Under the pieces are notes generated by a model. The model did no database searches, was not told where the DNA came from, and was given only the letters and a program-made list of their open reading frames with translations. Positions 34,602-46,899 of a stretch of 64,000 nt of DNA are shown piece after piece. How positions within the stretch are numbered: the first letter of the stretch is position 1; each line of letters opens with the position of its first letter. The stretch comes from Amphiscolops sp. MND2022 (lineage: Eukaryota). The position numbers and the translations under genes were made by a program. The stretch spans positions 35,588,001 through 35,652,000 of the forward strand of contig OZ076409.1 of assembly GCA_964187785.1 (NCBI GenBank). Direction: 5' to 3'.

Positions 34602-34968
34602 CTAAGTGAACCAAAAAAACGGGACCCGCAAACATTTGTAAGCTTTCAAAGTTTCAGATATGTGTCAACAAACGTTTCACTACATCTTCGAAGGCTGCTG
34701 TCAATAATCCAATATGGTAACATCTGGAGAAGCAAAAGAATTTTCACATATCAAAAATAAGAACGAAATGACTGGTAGTGATGTCTTGACATTTTCTGAT
34801 GATTCGAACTATCCTTAGTTGAAGATGTAATGACGTGAAAATTTTTCAATGATTGATAGCTTCTTCTTAAATGATTGACAGAAAATTTGATATTCAGTGT
34901 CTTGTTTACAAAAATTACTATTTTCAAAAGCGAAACTTTTGTGCGTTCCGTTTTTTTTGGTTGACCAG
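34602..34968 (+). mobile_element. TA-flanked MITE, copy 4 (same family as 27117-28111)
   Basis: TA|CTAAGTGAACCAAAAAAACGG ... GTTCCGTTTTTTTTGGTTGACCAG|TA. Confidence 0.7.
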
Positions 34969-35739
34969 TAGAACTCGCCTTGACCACTCTTTTTGTTCGC
35001 TTCTAAGAAAAAATGCTAATTCGAAAGATTGGCGGCAGCGTCAAAGTTGATGTGAAGCAAATGTAAACAAATATTTGAAACTTCACGAGCTCGAAAATTT
35101 CTGTGCATTCCTTTTTTGACTCACTCATTAATAGAAGTGCTTCAAAAGTGGTACTCACCATTTTTTGACGTTGATGTTCGTCAATAAACAGATGAAGTTG
35201 TAGTCAAGCATCGATGAACAGGCCTGCGAAAATCGAAAAACAAGTGATTTTTCTAGACCATATTCTCATGTAATTTTGTAATTTGGATTGAAACCATTAC
35301 GACTCTTAAACGCTTGCTTTGAACGCTTGAAATGCAACGAAGTAAAAAGAGAGAGCTTCTGACAAAATTTTCTTGAAGGTTTGGTTTTTGAAGAATACTA
35401 AAACTTTCATGTCTACTGTTTCGCATGGGACACTTGATATATAAACCAAGAAAAAAACGCGTCAAACCAATTGCTCAGAAATGCTTGAATATACAATCAA
35501 TTTCTTCAAAGATCTCTGCATGTCAACAAATGGAGAAATTAAATTTTTTGATGCTTTTGGTTTCATTCTATCGTTTTTATGAAAAAAGCCAAGTTTTTCA
35601 ATGGAACAGTTGGCTAATTATAATTATGTATTAATATTTATGTATTATATTATGCATTATATTATGTATTATAACTATAGTTATGTGGAATGTTGTTGAA
35701 CGCTGAGGAAACTCATACCCTCAGAAACATCCAAACATC

Positions 35740-38700
35740 ATCCGTATTGACAAAAAACAATCAAAATTTGACAGAGTTGACACTTTTTCTATTGGTTTTA
35801 CTACTTTCAGAAACAATAAACATCACGTGTTGAACTTTGGTCACTCATATGTTCAAAAAATTCCAAAATAAAAACTATTTGCATCAAGCACTCGAACGTT
35901 AGTAGAGTGAACAAAACGTTGGTTTTTACCATTTTGTCAGGTTGTTTCTTTTTTGTCGGCGGTTTTTCTGGATGTTATCTCCTCATAGTAGGCTATGTTG
36001 TTAGTTCTTCAATCAATTCGTCGGCTTCAAGACGATCTCCAGATTTGCTCGAAGAAACAATATTCTGATTGCTCGTTGACGCTGTTTTCATTTTTGTTTT
36101 AGCCGCAGAACGCGTTTTTGTCAGTAACCAAACCACTAAGGAAAAACTCAAGAACTTTTTTCCGCACGAACACGGGCCAGAGTCTCTGATCACTACGAAA
36201 TGATCACCGAAATCTTCAAAGTTTGATGTTTCGTGGTTCATTTGAGCAGAAAAATTACTTTTGGCAAACGTACAAAAAGTAGAAACTTTTGTATCGAAAA
36301 CCGAAAAAAGAAGTAAAACAAATGTCGTCAAAGAAGTAAAACAATTATCGGCAAAGAACTAAAACAAATGTCGGCAAAGGTTAAGTTTTGGCATTTTGAC
36401 TTTTTTGGGCATTTTATGACTTTTTAAGAACCAAAGCATTTAATTTTCCTACTAAAAACTGTTGTATGCTGCGTGGATTGTTAATTTGTCCGAAATTTTA
36501 TTCCCACTGAAACAAGCAAAAATGTGTAAAACAAATACTTGACACAGTCGAAGTAAAAAAAATTCGGAGGGCATTGTGAGCCATTATTGATTAAGGGACT
36601 CAAAAATGCCAAATGTATAGCAAATTCGCCCTTCATTCAACTCTTTTTGTGCTTAAACGTACGAAAAATTTCAAAAACTGGACAATTCAAGCAATTGGTA
36701 AATTATGGACACTTCTGTTTTTTTTTTGCATTTTTGCAGTTTTTTGCCACTCCATGAACAAAGGACGTCCAATTTCTCCTCAGACAAACGTTATGGATAA
36801 TTGGGTGTTTCTTTTTACAACGTTTTGCACATATCAAAATTTCATTTGTTCAAAGTCCCAAAAACTAACTGAAATTTTTAAAGTATGGAAATTTTCACTC
36901 CTTTCGGTCATTCTGACGCGCTCTCCAAAAACGAGAATGCACTTGACTTTTCCAAAAAGCCTACTGGATACTGTATCAGTCCAGAACATTACATCATTCT
37001 AATACAAGAAATCGCTCAAAAAAGTTCCAGAAAAAAGTCACGAGAAAAATTGCACGAAACCGTCACTCCCTTTTCAATTTTTGGAGAAAGTTTTGCGTAT
37101 TTTTCTACTTGGAAAACTGAAAAATTGTCTTACCAAAGGCGTACTGCTTAGGTAGTTATTTCTTTTGGAGCCTAATGAATAATACACATAAAACCAAAAA
37201 AAGTCGAAAATAAAGAATTTTCTGAGTTCAAAAAAACTTTATATTTCGAAATTTTTTGTAGTGGTAATACAAATTTCCGGAACTCAGTACATGTAGCTAC
37301 ATGTTTCAATGCTAATCCTATGCAACTTCTTATTTTGGAAAACATTCAGAAAAATTCCAAAATTGGAAGTATGTCGTCGTTAAAAAAGTGAGTTCTGACA
37401 GCTTTGTTGTCAAAGTCGAGGAAATTTCTTCCATTTTCTTTGCCAAGTAGCGTTTTCAATAGCCTTTTGTTCCAACATTTAGGTCAATCGAAAACCTGTT
37501 CTACAAAATGTTTCGTCAATTGAACAAAATTGGTACTAAGTTGACATTACACGCGGTTTTTTTTTTCATTTTCGGTTTTTGGGGTGTTTTTGCGCCGTTT
37601 CTAACAAGAACTCACGTTCAAACCGCCTAAAAGGACTATTGGAAACGAAGGGTTGTCGTTGTTGGGTGTTTAATTTATTGTATGCCACGAATTTGTACAC
37701 AAATGTTGCGTACAAGCTGCATGAAAACGTCGAAAACTTGGAGTTTTTTGTGAAAATTTTGTTCCTTCTTATGTTGTATTTATTCATCTTTTTTAAAAGC
37801 GTACTGCGAACCTAGTTGTTTCGGCTGCAGATTATTGACGTGGCAAAAACCATCAAAGTTTGAAAGAGTTGACACTTTTTCTATTGGTTTTACTACTTTC
37901 AAAGACATTAAACAACACGTGTCGAGCTTCGGTCATTCATATCTTCAAAAAATCCAAAATATGTAAACTATTTGCATCAAGCACTCAAACGTTAGTAGAG
38001 AGAACAAAACGTTGGTTTTTACCATTTTCTCAGTTTTTTTTGATGTCGGCGGTTTTTTCCGGATGTTATCTCCTCACAGTAGGCTATGTTGATAGTTCTT
38101 CAAATAATTCGTCGGCTTAAAGACGATCGCCAGATTTGCTAGAAGAAATAATGTTCTGATTGCTCGTTGACGCTATTTCCTTTTTGTTTTAGCCGCAGAA
38201 CGCGTTTTTGTTGATAACAAAACCACTAGGGAAAACCTCAAGAACATTTTTCCGCACGAACACACCAGGAGTCTCTGATCACCAGGAATTGATCGTCGAA
38301 ATCTTCAATGTTTGATGTTTCGTGGTTCATTTGAGCAAAAAAATTACTTTTAGCAAACATACAAAACTTAGATACTTTTGTATTGAAAACCGAAAAAAAG
38401 TGAAACAAATGTCGGCAAAGAAGTAATACAAATATCGGCAAAGAACTAAAAGAAATGTCTGCAAAGAAGTAAAACAAATATCGGCAATGAACCAAAATAA
38501 AAATCGGCAAAGGTTAAGTTTTGGCATTTTGACTTTTTCGGGCATTTTATGAAATTTTAGGAACTAAAACGTTTAATTTTCCAACTAAAAACTGTTGTAT
38601 ACTGAGTGGATTGTCAATTTTTTTGAAATATTATTCCCACTAAAACAAGCAAAAATGTGTAACAAAAAATACTTGACGCAGTTGGAAGAAAAAGAACATT

Positions 38701-41700
38701 TCGGAGGCTATTGTGAGCCATTATTGATTAAGGGACTCAAAAATGCGAATTGGATAGCAAATTTACCCTTCATTCAACTCTTTTTGTGCTTAAACGTACG
38801 AAAAACTTTAAACACTGGACATTCCAAATATTTGGTAAAGTATCGACACTATTGTTTTTTTTGCAGTTTTGAATTTTTTGCCATTCCATGAACTTCCAAT
38901 TTCTGCCCAGAGAAGTGTAAAGGATAATTGGGTGTTTCTTCTTTGTCCAATATCATTCTAACACACGAAATTGCTCAAAAATTTTACAGAAAACATTCAC
39001 AAGAAAATTTGCATGGAAACATCAACCCCATTTTGGTTTTTAGGGAAAGTTCTGCGTATTTTGCTACCTAAAAAACTGAAAAACTGTACTTTCAAAGGCG
39101 TACTCCTTAGGTAGTTATTTATTTTGGAGCCTAATGAATAATACACAAGAAACCAAAAAAGTTCGAAAACAAAAATTTTACGAGTTCAACAAAATTTCTT
39201 TATAATTTGAATTTTTTGTAGTGATGGTGCAAATTATCGGAAATCAATACTTTTAGCTACATCTTTCAACGCTGATCCTATGCAATTTCCAAATTTGGAA
39301 AACATTCGGAAAAATTCCAAAATTGGAAGTATGTCGTCGTTACAAAAGTAAGTACTGACAGCTTTGTTGTCAAGTCGAGGAAACTTCTTCCTTTTTTGCC
39401 AAGTAGCGTTTTCAATAGCCTATTGTTCCAACATTTAAGTCAATGGAAAATCTGTCCTACAAAACGTTCCGTGAATTGAACAAATTGGTACTAAGTTGTC
39501 ATTACACGCGGTTTCTGTCATTTTTCGGTTTTTGGGGTGTATTTGCGCCGTTTCTATTAAGAACTCACGTTTAAACAGCCTAAAAAGGACTATTGGAAAC
39601 GAAGGGTTGTCGTTGTTGGGTATTTAATTTATTGTATGCCACGAATTTGTACACAAATGTTGCGTACAAGCTGCATGAAAACGTCGAAAACTTGGAATTT
39701 TTTGTGAAAATTTTGTTCCTTCTCATGTTGTATTTATTCTTCTTTTTTAAAAGCATACTGCGAACCTAGTTGTTTCGGCTGCAGATTATTGACGTGGCAA
39801 AAACCTTCAAAGTTTGAAAAAGTTGACATTTTTTCTATTGGTTTTACTACTTTCAAAGACATTAAACAACACGTGTTGAGCTTCGGTCATTCATATCTTC
39901 AAAAAATCCAAAATATATAAACTCTTTGCATCAAGCACTCGAACGTTAGTAGAGAGAACAAAATGTTGGTTTTTACCATTTTCTCAGTTTTTTTTGATGT
40001 CGGCGGTTTTTCCGGAAGTTATTTCTTCATAGTAGGCTATGTTGATAGTTCTTCAAATAATTCGTCGGCTTCAAGACGATCTCCAGATTTGCTAGAAGAA
40101 ACAATGTTCTGGTTGCTCGTTGACGCTATTTCCTTTTTGTCTTAGCTGCAGAACGCGTTTTTGGTAGTAACAAAACCACTAGGGAAAACCTCAAGAACAT
40201 TTTTCCGCACGAACACACCAGGAGTCTCTGATCACCAAGAATTGATCGTCGAAATCTTCAATGTTTGATGTTTCGTGGTTCATTTGAGCAGGAAAATTAC
40301 TTTTAGCAAACATGCAAAACTTAGATACTTTTGTATTGAAAACCGAAAAAAGAAACGAAACAAATGTCGCAAAGAAGTAATACAAATATCGGCAAAGAAC
40401 TAAAACAAATGTTTGCGAAGAAGTAAAACAAATATCGACTAAAAACTAAAACAAACGTCGGCAAAGAAGTAAAACAAATATCGGCAATGAACCAAAATAA
40501 AAGTCGTCAAATGTTAAGTTTTGGCATTTTGACTTTTTCGAGCATTTTATGATTTTTTAGGAACCAAAACGTTTAATTTTCCTACTAAAAATTGTATGCT
40601 GACTGGATTGTTAATTTGTCCGAAATTTTATTCCCACGAAAACAAGCAAAAATGTGTAACAAAAAATACTTGACGCAGTCGGAACAAAAAGAACATTTCG
40701 GAGGCTACTGTGAGCCATTATTGAATAAGGGGCTCAAAAATGCGAATTGGATAGCAAATTTACCCTTCATTTAACTCTTTTTGTGCTTAAACGTACGAAA
40801 AACTTTAAACACTGGACGTTCCAAATATTTGGTAAAGTATCGACACTATTGTTTTTTTGCAGTTTTGCATTTTTTGCCATTCCATGAACTTCCAATTTCT
40901 CCCCAGAAAAATGTAATGGAAAATTGGGTGTTTCTTCTTTGTCCAATGTCATTCTAACACACGAACTTGCTCAAAAAGTTTACAAAAAACATTCACAAGA
41001 AAATTTGCATGGAAACATCAACCCCATTTTGGTTTTTAGGGAAATTTCTGCGTATTTTGCTACCTAAAAAACTGAAAAATTGTACTTTCAAAGGCGTACT
41101 CCTTAGGTAGTTATTTATTTTGGAGCCTAATGAATAATACACAAGAAACCAAAAAAGTTAGAAAACAAAAATTTTACGAGTTAAACAAAATTTTTTTAAA
41201 TTTTGAATTTTTTGTAGTGGTGGTGCAAATTATCGGAAATCAATACTTTTAGCTACATGTTTCAACGCTGATCCTATGCAAATTCCAAATTTGGAAAACA
41301 TTCGGAAACTTTCCAAAATTGAAAGTATGTCGTCGTTATAAAAGTAAGTTCTGACAGCTTTGTTGTCAAGTCGAGGAAACTTCTTCCATTTTTTTGCCAA
41401 GTAGCGTTTTCAAAAGCCTATTGTTCCACCATTTAGGTCAATGGAAAATCTGTCCTACAAAACGTTCCGTGAATTGAACAAATTGGTACTAAGTTGTCTT
41501 TACACGCGGTTTCTGTCATTTTTCGGTTTTTGGGGTGTTTTTGCGCCGTTTCTAACAAGCACTCGCATTTAAACCTCCCAAAAGGACTATTGGAAACGAA
41601 GGGTTGTCGTTGTTGGGTATTTCATTTTTTGTTTACCACGAATTTGTACACAAATGTTACGTATAAGCTGCATGGATTGGTCAAAAACTTGGATTTTTTG

Positions 41701-44700
41701 TAAAAAAATGCTTCTTTCTGATGTTGTACTTTTTCTTCTTTTTTAAAGGCGTACTGAGAGCCTAGTTACTTCGTTTGAAAATTACTTACGTGGCAAAAAC
41801 CATCAAAATTTGAAAGAGTTGGCACTTTTTCTATTAGTTTTACTACTTTCAGAAACAATAAACATCACGTGTTGAACTTTGGTCACTCACATGTTCAAAA
41901 AATTCCAAAATAAAAACTATTTGCATAAAACACTCGAACGTTAGTGGAGTGAACAAAACGTTGGTTTTTACCATTTTGTCAGGTTGTTTCTTTTTTGTCG
42001 GCGGTTTTTCTGGATGTTATCTCCTTATAGTAGGCTATGTTGTTAGGTCTTCAATTAATTTTAATTCGTCGTCTTCGAGACTATCTCCAGCTTTGCTCGA
42101 AGAAACAATGTTCTGATTGCTAGTTGACGCTATTTTCCTTTTTGTTTTAGCCGCAGAACGCGTTTTTGTTAGTAACAAAACCACTAGGGAAAACCTCAAG
42201 AACATTTTTCCGCACGAACACACCAGTAGTCTCTGATCACCAGGAATTGATCGTCGAAATCTTCAATGTTTGATGTTTCGTTGTTCATTTGAGCAGAAAA
42301 ATTACTTTTAGCAAACATACAAAAAGTAGATACTTTTGTATCAAAACCGAAAAAAGTAGTTAAAGAAATTTCGGCAAAGAAGTAAAACAAATATTGGCAA
42401 AAAACTAGAACAACTGTCAGTAAAGAAGTAGACCAAATATCGGCAAAGTACTAAGACAAATGTCGGCAAATGTTAAGTTTTGTCATTTTGATTTTTTTGG
42501 GCCTTTTACGACTTTTTGAGAACCAAAACGCTTATTTCTCCTTCTAAAAATTGTATGCTGAGTGGATTGTTAATTTGTCCGAAATTTTATTCCCACTAGA
42601 ACAAGCAAAATTGTGTAAAAAATATACTTGAAACAGTCGAAGTAAAAAAAAACATTTCGGAGGGCATTGTGAGCCATTATTGTTTAAGGGACTCAAAAAT
42701 GCCAAATGGATAGCAAATTCACCCTTCATTTAACTCTTTTTGTGCTTAAACGTACGAAAAACTTTAAACACTGGACGTTCCAAATATTTGGTAAAGTATC
42801 GACACTATTGTTTTTTTGCAGTTTTGCATTTTTTGCCATTCCATGAACTTCCAATTTCTCCCCAGAAAAATGTAATGGAAAATTGGGTGTTTCTTCTTTG
42901 TCCAATGTCATTCTAACACACGAACTTGCTCAAAAATTTTACAGAAAACATTCACAAGAAAATTTGCATGGAAACATCAACCCCATTTTGGTTTTTAGGG
43001 AAATTTCTGCGTATTTTGCTACCTAAAAAACTGAAAAATTGTACTTTCAAAGGCGTACTCCTTAGGTAGTTATTTATTTTGGAGCCTAATGAATAATACA
43101 CAAGAAACCAAAAAAGTTAGAAAACAAAAATTTTACGAGTTAAACAAAATTTTTTTATATTTTGAATTTTTCGTAGTGGTGGTGCAAATTATCGGAAATC
43201 AATACTTTTAGCTACATGTTTCAACGCTGATCCTATGCAAATTCCAAATTTGGAAAACATTCGGAAACTTTCCAAAATTGAAAGTATGTCGTCGTTATAA
43301 AAGTAAGTTCTGACAGCTTTGTTGTCAAGTCGAGGAAACTTCTTCCATTTTTTGCCAAGTAGCGTTTTCAAAAGCCTATTGTTCCACCATTTAGGTCAAT
43401 GGAAAATCTGTCCTACAAAACGTTCCGTGAATTGAACAAATTGGTACTAAGTTGTCTTTACACACGGTTTCTGTCATTTTTCGGTTTTTGGGGTGTTTTT
43501 GCGCCGTTTCTAACAAGCACTCGCATTTAAACCTCCCAAAAGGACTATTGGAAACGAAGGGTTGTCGTTGTTGGGTATTTCATTTTTTGTTTACCACGAA
43601 TTTGTACACAAATGTTACGTATAAGCTGCATGGATTGGTCAAAAACTTGGATTTTTTTGTAAAAAAATGCTTCTTTCTGATGTTGTACTTTTTTTTCTTT
43701 TTTAAAGGCGTACTGAGAACCTAGTTACTTCGTTTGAAAATTACTTACGTGGCAAAAACCATCAAAATTTGAAAGAGTTGGCACTTTTTCTATTAGTTTT
43801 ACTACTTTCAGAAACAATAAACATCACGTGTTGAACTTTGGTCACTCATATGTTCAAAAAATTCCAAAATAAAAACTATTTGCATCAAGCACTCGAACGT
43901 TAGTAGAGTGAACAAAACGTTGGTTTTTACCATTTTGTCAGGTTGCTTCTTTTTTGTCGGCGGTTTTTCTGGATGTTATCTCCTTATAGTAGGCTATCTC
44001 CAGCTTTGCTCGAAGAAACAATGTTCTGATTGCTAGTTGACGCTATTTTCCTTTTTGTTTTAGCCGCAGAACGCGTTTTTGTTAGTAACAAAACCACTAG
44101 GGAAAACCTCAAGAACATTTTTCCGCACGAACACACCAGTAGTCTCTGATCACCAGGAATTGATCGTCGAAATCTTCAATGTTTGATGTTTCGTTGTTCA
44201 TTTGAGCAGAAAAATTACTTTTAGCAAACATACAAAAAGTAGATACTTTTGTATCAAAACCGAAAAAAGTAGTTAAAGAAATTTCGGCATAGAAGTAAAA
44301 CAAATATTGGCAAAAAACTAGAACAACTGTCAGCAAAGAAGTAGACCAAATATCGGCAAAGTACTAAGACAAATGTCGGCAAATGTTAAGTTTTGTCATT
44401 TTGATTTTTTTGGGCCTTTTACGACTTTTTGAGAACCAAAACGCTTAATTCTCCTTCTAAAAATTGTATGCTGAGTGGATTGTTAATTTGTCCGAAATTT
44501 TATTCCCACTAGAACAAGCAAAATTGTGTTAAAAATATACTTGAAACAGTCGAAGTAAAAAAAAACATTTCGGAGGGCATTGTGAGCCATTATTGTTTAA
44601 GGGACTCAAAAATGCCAAATGGATAGCAAATTCACCCTTCATTTAACTCTTTTTGTGCCTAAACGTACGAAAAACTTCAAAAACTGGACGTTTCAAGCAA

Positions 44701-45775
44701 TTGGTAAATTATGGACACTTCTGTTTTTTTTTGCATTTTTGCAGTTTTTTGCCACTCCATGAACAAAAGACTTCCAATTTCTCCTCAGACAAACGTTATG
44801 GATAATTGGGTGTTTCTTTTCACAATGTTTTGCATGTTTTGCACATATCAAAATGTCATTTGTTCAAAGTCCCAAAAAGTAACTGAAATTTTTAATGTAT
44901 GGAAATTTTCACTCCTTTCGGTCATTCTGACGCGCTCTCCAAAAGCGAAAATGCACTTGACTTTTCCAAAAAACCTACTGGATACTGTATCAGTCCAGAA
45001 CATTATATCATTCTGATGCAAGAAATCGCTCAAAAAATTTCCAGAAAAAATTCACGAGAAAAATTGCACGAAACCGTCACTCCCTTTTCAATTTTTGGGG
45101 AAATTTTTGCGTATTTTTCTTCTTTGAAAACTGAAAAATTGTCTTACCAAAGGCGTACTGCTTATGTAGTTATTTCGTTTGGAGCCTAATGAATAATACA
45201 CATAAAACCAAAAAAAAGTCGAAAATAAAGAATTTTCTGAGTTAAAAAAAAACTTTTTTATATTTCGAAATTTTTTGTAGTAGTAGTGCAAAATTCCGGA
45301 ACTCAGTACTTGTAGCTACATGTTTCAACGCTGATCCTATGCAACTTCTTATTTTGGAAAACATTCAGAAAAATTCCAATATTGGAAGTATGTCGTCGTT
45401 AAAAAAGTGAGTTCTGAGAGCTTTGTTGTCAAAGTCGAGGAAATTTCTTCCATTTTCTTTGCCAAGTAGCGTTTTCAATAGCCTTTGTTCCAACATTTTT
45501 GTCCATGGAAAATCTGTTCTACAAAACGTTTCGTGAATTGAAGAAAATTGGTACTAAGTTGTCACTACACGAGTTTTTTGTCATTTTTGGGTTTTAGGGT
45601 GTTTTTGACCGATTCTAACAAGAACTCGCGTTTACACCTCCCAAAAGGACTATTGGAAACGAAGCGTTGTCGTTGTTGGGTATTTAATTTATTGTATGCC
45701 ACGAATTTGCACACAAATTTTACGTATAAACTGCATGAAAATATCGGAAACTTGGAATTTTCGAAACTTTGATCC
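35740..45775. repeat. Tandem array of five ~2-kb units (macrosatellite)
   Basis: The anchor CTAATGAATAATACACA occurs at 37172, 39131, 41127, 43086 and 45186 (spacings 1959, 1996, 1959, 2100). The same short ORF translations recur in the ORF track. Edges are approximate. Confidence 0.95.
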
Positions 45776-46899
45776 TTTCTGATGTATTTTTGAAGCTTTG
45801 GTTCAGTCTGGAGATTTTTGAAGCTTCCAACTCACCAAATGTGCTCTAATCTTGAATAAAAATTGAGGAGCATCATCAAAAACTAGAAATATTGAATTTT
45901 TTGACTAATTTGGGGTTATTTTGAAGCACTTTTGTTGCAAGAAACTGCAGTATTTTGTAGAACCCTACTGGATACCGCGTTTGTTCGTTGTTGAAAATTT
46001 CTGTTTTCCTGAAACATAAAAAACACTACAAATTTTGCAAAATGGAAACATTGAAATATGGTCGACTGTTTTGGTCAACCTCTCGTACTGTTTTTATAAA
46101 ATTGCCAAATTTTCTATGGAAGGCGTACTGCTTTGTTAGACATTTGGTTTGAAACCTAATTGGCCAAACAATCCTGAAAATTCCATCCATGTTGCACAAA
46201 AATCTATAAAACAGTCAAATGTAATTATTTAGATGTTTTGGGACCAGTTCGAAGGATTTTCTGACATGAGCATGCTGTTATTTCTTCAAAAAGCTTACTT
46301 GAGAACAGTTTTATTCCCTTTTGAACGCTTTGAACTTCCTTTATTTCAAAATTTCAAAAATTTCGCAAGAAATACATAAAAACGATAAGAAAAACGACAT
46401 GTTTTGGCTCATATGAAGACTTTCCGAAGTGTTTCTGAAGCAAACTACTACATCTCCTAAATGAGGCGTACTGTGTACGAACAGTTTTCTTCCGTGGAAG
46501 TTTTGAAACCTCGAAATCATTAAAACCCACAGAAGTTGAACACAAAATCCATGAAAAACAACAAAAAGTGAAGAGTTCAGAATTTTTATTGTTTTTGTGT
46601 CTACTTGAGGCGAAAGTCTACTGAACAACGAAAGAAAATCTTGTTGAATGTTTCCATAATATACATCACGAAGGTAATCAACCAGAGTCGCATATGCAGT
46701 AAAAGGGTCGACTTAGGTCTTTTTCCTTCAGACTCGCTCGAATACCATTCATGCGAATTCAATGAAATTGGACACAAAGGACTATAATATAGTGTAGAAT
46801 GACTGTACAAAATTTCGTTCGAATCGTATGGACAGTTTTTGCAAAAATCAAAAAAAGACTAAAAATGGCAATTTTAACTGACAATTACAACAGAACTAG

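Noticed and set aside
37796-37818. Helitron 3' end (CTAG|T) in each 2-kb unit
   Set aside because: No convincing hairpin precedes CTAG, and the units show no defined terminus there.
36310-40515. CRISPR-like array from the 22-bp repeats
   Set aside because: The repeats are directly tandem with no unique spacers, there are no cas genes, and the context is eukaryotic.
35993-45291. Recurring 60-130-aa ORFs in the 2-kb array as a tandem gene family
   Set aside because: Starts, stops and frames differ between units, indels are not multiples of three, and no domain is recognisable.
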